Virus record (IMG/VR): IMGVR_UViG_3300034101_006325
Location: 136,304-200,303 of that record
DNA length: 64,000 bases
Origin: a virus
Taxonomy: Duplodnaviria; Caudoviricetes
Strand: one strand, 5' to 3'
The notes beneath the pieces were generated by a model. That model ran no database searches and was not told the DNA's origin. It saw nothing but the letters and a program-made list of their open reading frames with translations. Below are positions 39,180-49,011 of this stretch, in pieces. Position numbers and translations under genes: made by a program. Numbering within the stretch: the stretch's first letter is position 1; the number at the start of each line of letters is the position of its first letter.

Positions 39180-40733
39180 ATGACAAAAACTATGCAAGAC
39201 TACGGAATCTTGGATGCCAATGAAGAGTTGGTAGAAAGAGCCACACAAATTTTTTTTGATCATAGAAGACACATTCTTTTGACAGGCAAATCCAAGCACA
39301 AATTTTTAAATTTTGCAGGAGTCAAAGATGAAGAAATGGCCAAAATTGAGATTGAAGATAAGGACAAATACCAGACTTATCATGCTAATTGGATTGAAGG
39401 AATCTTAAAAATATCATTAAGACATTTGAACCTTGATTCCAATTTTTCAAGAAAAACTTACGATCCTGCTGCTTTAGCACCTGACGTAGGAAAACCTGTT
39501 CCGCCTTTAGACTATGATTCGTCTGTAAAATTTTTTATAATTCCTGAAAGCATGTCTGCAAAAGCTGTTCTTTTGTGTTTAGGATTTGACATATCACAAG
39601 TTCAGCAAAAACAACCAGAAATTGAAGCAAAAATAAAGCCGCATCCAGAACCCGCGTATCCACAGCCAGATCCACCCAGCCCTGAAAATCCAGATTTTCA
39701 GTATACAGACGAAGTAACAGGTCTAAAAGGAAGACAAAAACAAATTCTAGATGGAATAAAAAAATCTTTTAATGACTTTGTACAAAAAATTTCAGATGAC
39801 AAAGAATTAGCAAAATTATCAACATTAGGACCGGTTTATTTTTATCAATCAGCAGGACAGCTACTAATTGATAATTTGCCACCACCCGGTGATCCTAATC
39901 TTGCTTCTACTGCTTACGCAAATTACGGTGCGCTAATTTCAACAATCGTTAAACCTTTTGTTGCTTCGGCGCTTGGCGTAATCGGTGGATCTTCGGAGTC
40001 AGGTGTAGTTGGTGGATTAGGAGCAAAAGAACCTGATCAAGTAAAAACCCCTGTCACACAAAATTTTTCGAAAGATTCAATAGTCATTGCTATAGGAATG
40101 GAAGAGAATACATCTCCACCTTTTAGAAGAAAACTATTTAACATTTGTAAAGAATTAAAGATCAATGCTGACGCCTTGGCCGTCATAATAGCAAATGAAT
40201 CTGCTGCTTCATTTTCTCCTAGTGTAAGAAGCGGTGAAAACATAAAACCCAAGCCAGGCGGAGGAAAATATACTTGGGGAGAAACTAACAGTCTTTACAA
40301 AGACAATGAAGGACCAGCTGTAGGTTTAATTCAATTTACAAGCATAGCAATAAAAGAATTAAATCAAAAATTTCCAACTTCATTTGATCCTCCACTGACA
40401 AAAGAAGTTCTTGGGAAAATGACAGCTGTCGAACAATTAGACGTTGTCAAACTTTATATTAAAAATTGTATCGGTACATTTAAGGATCCCCTTACTGATC
40501 CTGCTGACGTTTATATTGCAATATTTTTACCACAAACATTAAAAAATAAAAATAAGCCTGTGCTTGCAACAAAAGGTGATGAAACAAAAGCATGGGAGAA
40601 CAATAAGGGATTTAGAACAGGCGACGAAATTCTTAGACAAACTTTTGTAGATTTTATGGAGAAAAAACTATCATCCGCAAGACTTCGTGGAAGAATTTAT
40701 TGTGATGTACAAAAAACTTTTAAAAGTAGGTAA
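39180..40733 (+). CDS. Baseplate-associated protein with C-terminal lytic transglycosylase (lysozyme-like) domain
   Basis: LAVIIANES (catalytic Glu), AVGLIQF, MTAVEQLDVV..Y, DVYIAIF.P; N-terminal about 300 aa unknown, Pro-rich linker. Confidence 0.75.
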   Translation: MTKTMQDYGILDANEELVERATQIFFDHRRHILLTGKSKHKFLNFAGVKDEEMAKIEIEDKDKYQTYHANWIEGILKISLRHLNLDSNFSRKTYDPAALAPDVGKPVPPLDYDSSVKFFIIPESMSAKAVLLCLGFDISQVQQKQPEIEAKIKPHPEPAYPQPDPPSPENPDFQYTDEVTGLKGRQKQILDGIKKSFNDFVQKISDDKELAKLSTLGPVYFYQSAGQLLIDNLPPPGDPNLASTAYANYGALISTIVKPFVASALGVIGGSSESGVVGGLGAKEPDQVKTPVTQNFSKDSIVIAIGMEENTSPPFRRKLFNICKELKINADALAVIIANESAASFSPSVRSGENIKPKPGGGKYTWGETNSLYKDNEGPAVGLIQFTSIAIKELNQKFPTSFDPPLTKEVLGKMTAVEQLDVVKLYIKNCIGTFKDPLTDPADVYIAIFLPQTLKNKNKPVLATKGDETKAWENNKGFRTGDEILRQTFVDFMEKKLSSARLRGRIYCDVQKTFKSR

Positions 40734-40766
40734 TAAATTACATCAAAACTTTAATTAGAATTGAAG

Positions 40767-41237
40767 ATGTCAAATTATAAATTCAAAAGCGTTGGAACGA
40801 CCGCACAAAAAAGGTTCGAAGAAACAGTAGATGTTTCAGTGGTTCCGATTGGAATTAGAACACCGCTTCAGCTGGATGATTCAGGTGAAGGGCTTCTTTC
40901 AATGAATTATAATAATGCCGAACAAATTGCAGATAATTTAAGAAATTTATTAATGACAAACTGGGGTGAAAGACTGGGCCTTTATGATTTTGGCGCCAAT
41001 CTCAGACCTCTCACGACAGAATACTCAAGTCAAGATGCATTTGATGAAGAAGCAATTGCTAGAATAAGAAATGCAGTTTCAAAATGGATGCCTTATATAG
41101 AATTAAATAATTTTGAATCAAGCTTTGAAAGATATGAAAATAGGAGCACAGCAATAATTTATATAAAAGTTACTTACAATATTCCGAGCTTAAATGCTTA
41201 TGATCAGAAAATTCAAGTCAATTTATATGTAATATGA
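40767..41237 (+). CDS. Baseplate wedge protein, gp25/GPW-like
   Basis: QIADNLRNLLMTNWGER..YDFGANL, I.NAVSKWMPYI; start refined to ATG 40767. Confidence 0.88.
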   Translation: MSNYKFKSVGTTAQKRFEETVDVSVVPIGIRTPLQLDDSGEGLLSMNYNNAEQIADNLRNLLMTNWGERLGLYDFGANLRPLTTEYSSQDAFDEEAIARIRNAVSKWMPYIELNNFESSFERYENRSTAIIYIKVTYNIPSLNAYDQKIQVNLYVI

Positions 41238-41246
41238 AGTAAAGCC

Positions 41247-43103
41247 ATGGCCGTAGACAATAAAAAAAATACAACAGATGTTAGACAAAGAAGATACCTC
41301 GGAAGAGACTTCGATTCCTTTCGATCTACTCTACTCGATTATGCACGTCAATATTATCCAAATAAAATTCAAGATTTTTCAGAGTCATCTGTTGGCGGTC
41401 TTTTTTTGGACATGGCATCATATGTGGGCGACAATTTATCATTTTATTTAGACCATCTATACGGAGAACTAAATTACGAAACTGCTGTAGAGACGTCAAG
41501 CATAGAAAATGCTCTTAATTTAGCAAATATACCAATCAATGGAACAGCAGCTGCCACTGTCAATGTCTCGGTTTATATAGAAATACCAGTTTTAAATGAT
41601 GGAGATGTAAGTCCAAATGTGAATCTTCTTCCAATTATTAAAGCAGGAACTAAATTCCTATCAAATGCAGGAATTGAATTTACACTTATAGAAGATATAG
41701 AATTTGCTTATGACGAATTAAAAAATGGAAATTATATTCTTCATCCCAAAGCAGTAAAAATTGTTAGTAAGACTAACAACCTAGGACAACCCACATCTTA
41801 TATCCTAGTTCATAAAGGAATTTGCACATCTGCATCTGAGCGTACAGACACATTTAAAATTGGCAACTTTATTCCTTTTAGAAGGCTCACATTGACACAA
41901 TCAAATGTAACTGAAATTGTAAAAATTTATGATGATTTTGGAAATGATTATTATGAAGTAAGTGCATTGACTAACGATGTCGTCTACAAAAATGTTTTAA
42001 ATAAATCATATGATTCATCTTTAGTAAAAGATGGTTTAAAAGTGATACCTGCACCATATAGATTTATAAAAAGAACACGTCTTGAAGATAGAAAAACCAT
42101 TCTAACATTTGGAGGAGGAAATGCCAATACTCTCGAAGATGATATCATCCCAGACCCTTCGGAATTTGCTATTTCATTTCCATATTCCAAAACTTTTTCA
42201 AGAGTGTCAGTCAATCCTGAGAAATTATTAACAACAAATACATTAGGAGTTGCTGCTGCAGATACCACCGTTACAGTAATTTATAGACACGGAGGCGGTC
42301 TATTCCATAATGTGGGCCCTGGTTCAATAACAAGCGTTTCTAATTTGATTATAGAATTCCCAAAAAATCCTGTTAATTATGATGTCAATAGAATTAGAAA
42401 TACAATCGAAGTATTAAATGATGAATTCGCATCTGGCGGTGAAGATGCTTTAACAATTGACGAACTGGCTGCATTAATTCCTACTGTAAAAGGCTCGCAA
42501 GAAAGAATTGTAACTAAAGAGGATCTCTTGGCGAGAGTTTATACAATGCCGTCAAATTTAGGCAGGGTATTTCGTGCAGCAATTGTGAACAGTCCTACAA
42601 ATCCATTAGCAACTCAGCTTTACATTGCTTCAAGAGATTCTAACGGATTTTTAATTCCATCGACCGATACATTAAAATCAAATATTAAAAAATATCTCAA
42701 TTCTTATAGAATGATATCGGATTCAATAGAAATTCTTGATTCTCAAGTTGTCAATCTTCAATTAAAATTTTCTGTTGTAGTAGATCCTTCTCTCAATAAA
42801 TCAACAGTCCTAACAGAAGTCTTAAGAAAGTTACAAAATAAATTTTCCTTAAGTAAAATGTATATTGACCAGCCAATCATAATATCAGAAGTTGTAAATT
42901 TAATATTTACAGTTCAAGGAATTATCGCTGTAGACGACGTTATGTTTACTAATATTAGTAATATAACAAATAATAGAGTGTATAGCGACGTAATTCATGA
43001 TGTAAAAGCTTATACAAAAAGACAATTTGTTTTTCCACCAACGGGCGGAATTTTTGAAATAAGATACCCAGATGTTGATATTATTGCAAAGGTTGTGACA
43101 TAA
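41247..43103 (+). CDS. Baseplate wedge protein, gp6/baseplate J-like
   Basis: RDFDSFR..L, DMASYVGD.LSFYLD, FGGG, GGEDA, RIVTKEDL. Confidence 0.85.
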   Translation: MAVDNKKNTTDVRQRRYLGRDFDSFRSTLLDYARQYYPNKIQDFSESSVGGLFLDMASYVGDNLSFYLDHLYGELNYETAVETSSIENALNLANIPINGTAAATVNVSVYIEIPVLNDGDVSPNVNLLPIIKAGTKFLSNAGIEFTLIEDIEFAYDELKNGNYILHPKAVKIVSKTNNLGQPTSYILVHKGICTSASERTDTFKIGNFIPFRRLTLTQSNVTEIVKIYDDFGNDYYEVSALTNDVVYKNVLNKSYDSSLVKDGLKVIPAPYRFIKRTRLEDRKTILTFGGGNANTLEDDIIPDPSEFAISFPYSKTFSRVSVNPEKLLTTNTLGVAAADTTVTVIYRHGGGLFHNVGPGSITSVSNLIIEFPKNPVNYDVNRIRNTIEVLNDEFASGGEDALTIDELAALIPTVKGSQERIVTKEDLLARVYTMPSNLGRVFRAAIVNSPTNPLATQLYIASRDSNGFLIPSTDTLKSNIKKYLNSYRMISDSIEILDSQVVNLQLKFSVVVDPSLNKSTVLTEVLRKLQNKFSLSKMYIDQPIIISEVVNLIFTVQGIIAVDDVMFTNISNITNNRVYSDVIHDVKAYTKRQFVFPPTGGIFEIRYPDVDIIAKVVT

Positions 43104-44611
43104 TGTATAAATCAATTAAGTCAGACAAAGACACTTACATTACAAATAAATATGTCGCTGGCGTTCAATCAGTAAGCGGCAACGTTGGCATTGCCGGTTC
43201 GTTGGATCTATTTAAACTTTATGGCATAACAAACATTACTAGCGGTTCAACAAAACTTCCTCAGACAGAATTAAGTCGTTTATTAATTCATTTTGATATT
43301 GATCAAATTAAAGATTTAATTTCTTCGGGTAAAATAGACATAACAGACTCAAGTTTTAAATGTTATCTTTCACTAAAAGATGTTTACGGAGGTCAACCTA
43401 CTCCTAGTAATTTTACATTAGAAGTTTATCCTTTGTCTGCGTCTTTTATAGAAGGTTTTGGCAAAGATTCATCATATTACTCTGACAAAGATTCATCAAA
43501 TTTTTTATCTTCATCCTACGGAGTGCCATGGAACGGAGAAGGATGTTCTGTTCCATGTTTTTCAACAGGATCCGGAGATTATATAACTTCTTCACTTACA
43601 ATTGCTACTTCATCAGCAAGTCAATATTTCAAAACGGGTGAAGAAGATCTGTTGGTAGATGTAACAAAAATAATATCTGCAACAGTAATAAATGATTTGC
43701 CCGATCAAGGTTTTAGAATATCATTTAGTCAACAGCAGGAGAATGATACTAATACATACTTTGTCAAAAGATTTGGAAGTCGTCAATGTTATGATGAAAC
43801 CAAACAACCAGAATTAATAGTAAAATTTGATGATTCAATAGAAGATGATTCATCAAATTTTTTCATTGAAAAACAGGCAAATATATTTTTATACAGCTAC
43901 AATGATTATCTGCCAGACAATTTGTTGTCTGGCAGTACCTCTTTAACAGGTAGCAATTGTTTAAAATTAGAACTTCAAACAGAAGTTTCAGGCATCGGAA
44001 AATATTCCCTAGAATTTTCAGAATCGCAATACTTGAGAGGTCAAAATTATCTAACGGGTGTTTATCAATCTTACGTGTCTGCCTCGCTTTTTGATGTAAA
44101 TTTAAAACAAGTCTTTGACTTAACTGGCTCAATAATTTTTACTCCCATATGGAAATCACTTGATGGAACAATTGCATTTGCGACAGGCAGTAAAATTACA
44201 GCCAATTCTCCGCAAAGAACTTCAACTAGATTTTCAAAAAAGAACTTTAACGTATCAACAATTTTATTAAATGATGAATTTAAATTAAATCAGCTGATAA
44301 ATGTAAGAGTCAACATATTCGAAGGAGACGATCCATCTGTAATTGCAAAAAGATTGCCTATAACAAATCTTAGTAAAATTGTTAAAAATGCATATTATGC
44401 TGTAAGAGACATTGCTAGCAATGTTTACGTAATTCCTTTTGACAATGTAGATAATTCAACTAAAATTTCAAGTGATTATGAAGGCATGTATTTTAACTTC
44501 GATACATCGCCCCTAGTCAAAGGAAAAAACTATGTATTTGACATCATGTTAATGTTAGATAATGTTGAGAAAAAATATTTAGATTCATCAAATCATTTTA
44601 GAATAACATAA
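43103..44611 (+). CDS. Putative baseplate/tail structural protein
   Basis: 502 aa; KDTYIT...SRLLIHFD N-terminus; Ser/Gly-rich; in the baseplate operon. Confidence 0.55.
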   Translation: MYKSIKSDKDTYITNKYVAGVQSVSGNVGIAGSLDLFKLYGITNITSGSTKLPQTELSRLLIHFDIDQIKDLISSGKIDITDSSFKCYLSLKDVYGGQPTPSNFTLEVYPLSASFIEGFGKDSSYYSDKDSSNFLSSSYGVPWNGEGCSVPCFSTGSGDYITSSLTIATSSASQYFKTGEEDLLVDVTKIISATVINDLPDQGFRISFSQQQENDTNTYFVKRFGSRQCYDETKQPELIVKFDDSIEDDSSNFFIEKQANIFLYSYNDYLPDNLLSGSTSLTGSNCLKLELQTEVSGIGKYSLEFSESQYLRGQNYLTGVYQSYVSASLFDVNLKQVFDLTGSIIFTPIWKSLDGTIAFATGSKITANSPQRTSTRFSKKNFNVSTILLNDEFKLNQLINVRVNIFEGDDPSVIAKRLPITNLSKIVKNAYYAVRDIASNVYVIPFDNVDNSTKISSDYEGMYFNFDTSPLVKGKNYVFDIMLMLDNVEKKYLDSSNHFRIT

Positions 44612-44621
44612 AGTTAAAGTC

Positions 44622-47600
44622 ATGACAGTCAATTACAACTCCCCTTACATTCCTTCATTTTTAAAGTCTGCTTTGCAGGACTCAAAGCCGGTATTTTTGA
44701 CTTTTAGTGACATTATAGACACAAATGTTACAAGTACTTCTTCTTTCAAATATGAGCCAATAAATTTTCCATTAAAAAATACACAACAACTCAATATAGA
44801 CTGGGAAAATTTTGAAAATCACACATTTTTCTCTTCAGCAGAAGTAAAAGTTAACGTTGCTTTTGATCAGATAATTAATGGTTTTCCTTTTGACGGAACA
44901 AAAGCAGAAGTAGAAAGATTTTTTGAAAAAATAACGGGATTTGAAAATTGGCTATTTAATCAATTTCCTAAATTCAGTGGCTATTTACATTTTTCTGGTA
45001 CCCAGGTCAACGAGGATCCTTCAAATGGATTCGATCCGCTTTTAGGCACGTGGATAAAAACTGCTGATTCATCTGGGTGGCTTTATCCCGACTTGTCTAC
45101 AAAGAAAACTGCAAATTCGCATTTAAACATAGATGTAAAAAAATCATTCACCATAGAAGCACAAGTCTTCATACCTGATCAGATCAATGATCGTCAAGTT
45201 ATTCTTCAAAAATCTTCCAGCGATAAAACACAATCGTATACTTTTCACTTGGAACCTTCTACTTCTAACGTTGTAGACGCATTTTTTACAATAAACTCCG
45301 GGAGTACAAATAACTTTGTCAGTGCATCTCTAAAAAAAGGCAAATTTAATCATGTGTGCATGACACTTAATAAAGAAACTGGAAAAAATCTCATGCAATT
45401 TTTTGTTGATGAAGAACTAATAACTACATCGAACAAAGATAAATTTTTTGGGACAATGGATGACAAATCTGAACTTTACATAGGGTCAGGATCATCATTC
45501 TACAAAGAGTCAACATTATTCTATCCTCAGCAAACATTTAGCGGTTCAATTGATGAATTAAGAATTTTTCAGTCAACAAGAACAATTGCACAGCAGAAAA
45601 TTTATGCAACAAAAGGCCTTTATGCCTCTAATGAACTAAAACTATATTATAGATTTAACGAACCAAACTCGCTATTTTCTAACACGCTTGCTGATGAAAT
45701 AAACTCTATAGTTTTAGACAGCTCAGGAAATGCATTACATGCAAATATTTCAAATTACGATCTAAGTCTTAGAAAATCAACGGACGAAGATCCGCTTAAT
45801 CCTGTAAAAAACGAGAGAAAAGAATTTAAAATAACACTTTTCCCGGGCAATCAAGATGTCATAGATTTAAATACAAGATTGTTGCAATCTGCAAGTCTTT
45901 ATGATCAGGAAAATCCAAATCTTATAACTAAACTAATTCCTAGACATTATTTGAGAGCAGGTGCGCTTTCAGAAGGCTACCCAGAAAGAAAAATTATAGG
46001 TTTTACAGGAGATCCTTACCAAGGAGAAGGATTGCCGGGGACATCAAAGCTAGGATCAACACAAATAATGTTAACATTTTTGTATATATGGTCAAAATTT
46101 TTTGACGAAATCAAATTATTTGTTGATTCATTTAAAACACTTAGAACAGTTGATTATGATAAGATCGATACAGTCCCAGATAATTTTTTAAATGATTTTA
46201 TCAGATCATACGGCGTTTACCTTCCTCCATTTTTCAATGGTTCAAATATAAAGCAATACGTCGATGCAGAAGATATTACTGAGGTAGGCATCAGCAATTA
46301 TTCATTAAAAGAAGTTCAAACTCAAATTCTTAGAAGAATTTTGGTAAATATTCCCGATATCTTGAGATCAAAAGGCACTCAGCACAGCATAAGAGCTTTT
46401 CTTCGTTCTGTCGGGATAGATCCTGACAATAGTGTTAGGATCAGAGAATTTGGTGGGCCAAGCGTAAGAAATATTTCTTCAAATAGAGAAACAAGAACAG
46501 ATGTAATTGCATCAGCTAACTGTGTGACTTCTTCGCTTGTACTCTCAAATTATTTAACTGCATCAAGGATAGAACCTGGTTATCCTGAAATATCTGGTAT
46601 TTTTGTTGATGGTGTATCCAACAATCCTAACGATGGACTTCTTACATCTGGCTCATGGACATTTGAGGGCCTCTACAAATTTGGACCAAATAATTTAAAG
46701 AAAATAGACAAAGATCAATCTTTATTTAGACTTGAAACAACAGGATCTGCTGCAACTTCAAAAAATGGTGTAATTGTTAACGTAGTTGCTCCCATTAATT
46801 CTGGCTCAGTCTATGCATACATTAGGCCCGGCATGTCTACAAATTCGCCTATGTTGACCTTGTCGGTGCCTGCAAATATTTTTAATGGTGATTCTTGGAA
46901 TATTTCTGTCGGTTGTGACAGAAATGATTCAATTGACAGCTTTGTTTCTTCTTCATACTTTTTAAGAGCAGCAAATCAAAATGCAGGAGAAATAAATGAC
47001 ATTTACACAACATCTTCGTTTTTTTATGAAAAATATAGTTCAGAAAACAATGCTCTACAATCGCTAGATAGTTCTTATAATGCATCTGGCTCTTTCATAA
47101 AGATCGGCGGAAATCAATCACCACCAGCAAGTTCAATGGGCTACGTATTTTTAAATGATACTCTTACAGCTCCAATTGTTGCAAGATCATATCAATATGT
47201 TGGTCAAGTTAGCAATTTGAAGTTTTGGTCAAAAGGTATAAAAGAAAATGAATGGAGAGAACACGTAAGAAATCACAAGTCTGTAGGAGTAGAAAATGCT
47301 CTCCTGAATTACAATTACGTGTCAAATTTGAGCGGATCCTTCGAAAAATTAAGAATTCATACAATTTTAAAACAAGAAAATTTATATGCAGACAATTCCG
47401 GAGAAATTGTATTCTTAGATTATAGCCAGAACAACTTTCATCTAACAGGGTCAGGATTTGATTCAGAGCAGCGTGTATTAATTGGAGACATAATTCCTTA
47501 TAGCTACTTAAGCCCTTATTTTGATGAATATTCTACGTCGGAAAAAGTAAGAATTAGAAGCTTTACAAATGAAGAAAATTTAATAGATGCTCCTTGGGCA

Positions 47601-48080
47601 ACCATAGCACCGCTTTACGAATTGTCGCCTGAAGATGTCTCAAATGACGATCCTCGTCTTTCAATAGAATTTTCTTTAATAGACTCTCTCAACAAAGACA
47701 TTATTACAATGTTTTCAGATTTAGATCAAATAGGAAACATTATCGGCAGCCCAGAGCTTATGTTCTCACCTGATTATCCAGGTCTTGAAAAATTAAGAGA
47801 CGTATATTTTAACAGAATATCAGATAAGCTAAATTTTAGAGGATTTTTTGAATTTTACAAATGGTTTGACTTGTCAATTAGCACCTTTATTGAGCAACTT
47901 GTTCCAAGAAAAACTCATTTTAGAGGAACAAATTTTGTCGTAGAATCTCACATGCTCGAAAGAAGCAAAAAAGAATATCATCACGTCGATGGTTACTTAG
48001 GCGATTCAATCAGAGGATATATTGCTGACAAAGACCTAATACAATTACAATTAATTTCTGGCGAAATTAATAAGTACTGA
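44622..48080 (+). CDS. LamG/concanavalin-like domain baseplate protein (gp7/P2 I-like motif)
   Basis: FTIEAQV, FNHVCMT, FVDEE, FSGSIDELRIF (LamG); ILRSKGTQHSIRAFL. Confidence 0.7.
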   Translation: MTVNYNSPYIPSFLKSALQDSKPVFLTFSDIIDTNVTSTSSFKYEPINFPLKNTQQLNIDWENFENHTFFSSAEVKVNVAFDQIINGFPFDGTKAEVERFFEKITGFENWLFNQFPKFSGYLHFSGTQVNEDPSNGFDPLLGTWIKTADSSGWLYPDLSTKKTANSHLNIDVKKSFTIEAQVFIPDQINDRQVILQKSSSDKTQSYTFHLEPSTSNVVDAFFTINSGSTNNFVSASLKKGKFNHVCMTLNKETGKNLMQFFVDEELITTSNKDKFFGTMDDKSELYIGSGSSFYKESTLFYPQQTFSGSIDELRIFQSTRTIAQQKIYATKGLYASNELKLYYRFNEPNSLFSNTLADEINSIVLDSSGNALHANISNYDLSLRKSTDEDPLNPVKNERKEFKITLFPGNQDVIDLNTRLLQSASLYDQENPNLITKLIPRHYLRAGALSEGYPERKIIGFTGDPYQGEGLPGTSKLGSTQIMLTFLYIWSKFFDEIKLFVDSFKTLRTVDYDKIDTVPDNFLNDFIRSYGVYLPPFFNGSNIKQYVDAEDITEVGISNYSLKEVQTQILRRILVNIPDILRSKGTQHSIRAFLRSVGIDPDNSVRIREFGGPSVRNISSNRETRTDVIASANCVTSSLVLSNYLTASRIEPGYPEISGIFVDGVSNNPNDGLLTSGSWTFEGLYKFGPNNLKKIDKDQSLFRLETTGSAATSKNGVIVNVVAPINSGSVYAYIRPGMSTNSPMLTLSVPANIFNGDSWNISVGCDRNDSIDSFVSSSYFLRAANQNAGEINDIYTTSSFFYEKYSSENNALQSLDSSYNASGSFIKIGGNQSPPASSMGYVFLNDTLTAPIVARSYQYVGQVSNLKFWSKGIKENEWREHVRNHKSVGVENALLNYNYVSNLSGSFEKLRIHTILKQENLYADNSGEIVFLDYSQNNFHLTGSGFDSEQRVLIGDIIPYSYLSPYFDEYSTSEKVRIRSFTNEENLIDAPWATIAPLYELSPEDVSNDDPRLSIEFSLIDSLNKDIITMFSDLDQIGNIIGSPELMFSPDYPGLEKLRDVYFNRISDKLNFRGFFEFYKWFDLSISTFIEQLVPRKTHFRGTNFVVESHMLERSKKEYHHVDGYLGDSIRGYIADKDLIQLQLISGEINKY

Positions 48081-48089
48081 AACAAACTT

Positions 48090-49010
48090 ATGGCCAATTT
48101 TCAGAGAAATTATTATTCAACTGATCAGCAAATCGACGCCTTAAAACTAAAATGGTTCGATGAAGGGCCAGTAGTCAGACTTTTAGAACAAACACCTGTT
48201 AATTCTCAAGGAATTAATACAAAAAAATTCGATCCTTTTAGACAAGGAACAGAGATTAGACAAGAAAAACACAGTTTTGGAAGTGCTGCAAAAATTACAC
48301 CAGGTACACCTGGTCATTTAATAAGTCCTGTATGTTTTGGTGTCAATAATTTAGATATTATTTCAGAAGATGAATACTACGATGTAGATAATTTTAATCC
48401 TGTAGACTTTATAAGAGCACAAGAGAAAGAGACAGATCTTTCAAAAATTTTTACATTTCCTATTGTCACTGCTGATTCTAATCAGCTTGAAAATTATCTT
48501 TTAAACGGAATAATAGAACCTTTTTCAATTAGACCTGTTGCATCATTTTATTCAATAGAACACCCATTCGAATCAAGAACAATTCGTGGAAATTTATTGG
48601 ATGGTAATATCGATCGTTGGTATAGATCAAGCGATCAAATTGTTACAATTGATGATTATCTTGATCTTGTCAATGACGAGTGGTATTATGACTCTTTTAA
48701 ATTTTACGAAGAAATATATGCAAATAATAAAATTCCTATCGCATATAAATTAAATCTTGATGACAATGATTACGTAAACAGTAATTTCAATAAATTTTCT
48801 GCTTTTAATGATTCAAAAATTTATCTACAATCAGCAGGAATAACTGTAGAAACTCATGGACAAGATATGATAAATGTGTTTTCAATAATGACTGGTTCTG
48901 CGTACAACTATGTTCCGCCTGGAAAAAAATGTTTTTCGACAGGATTTGATTTTGACAACGAAGGTATAAGCGGTCTAGATTCTCTAGCATTTGGAGGTTT
49001 AACCTATTAA
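48090..49010 (+). CDS. Putative structural protein
   Basis: 306 aa in the baseplate operon; no motif recognised. Confidence 0.45.
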   Translation: MANFQRNYYSTDQQIDALKLKWFDEGPVVRLLEQTPVNSQGINTKKFDPFRQGTEIRQEKHSFGSAAKITPGTPGHLISPVCFGVNNLDIISEDEYYDVDNFNPVDFIRAQEKETDLSKIFTFPIVTADSNQLENYLLNGIIEPFSIRPVASFYSIEHPFESRTIRGNLLDGNIDRWYRSSDQIVTIDDYLDLVNDEWYYDSFKFYEEIYANNKIPIAYKLNLDDNDYVNSNFNKFSAFNDSKIYLQSAGITVETHGQDMINVFSIMTGSAYNYVPPGKKCFSTGFDFDNEGISGLDSLAFGGLTY

Positions 49011-49011
49011 T

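Noticed and set aside
37681-48080. T6SS or extracellular contractile injection system
   Set aside because: No TssJLM, ClpV, TssBC or Afp-type ATPase nearby; the context includes phage ligase, helicase and sigma genes.
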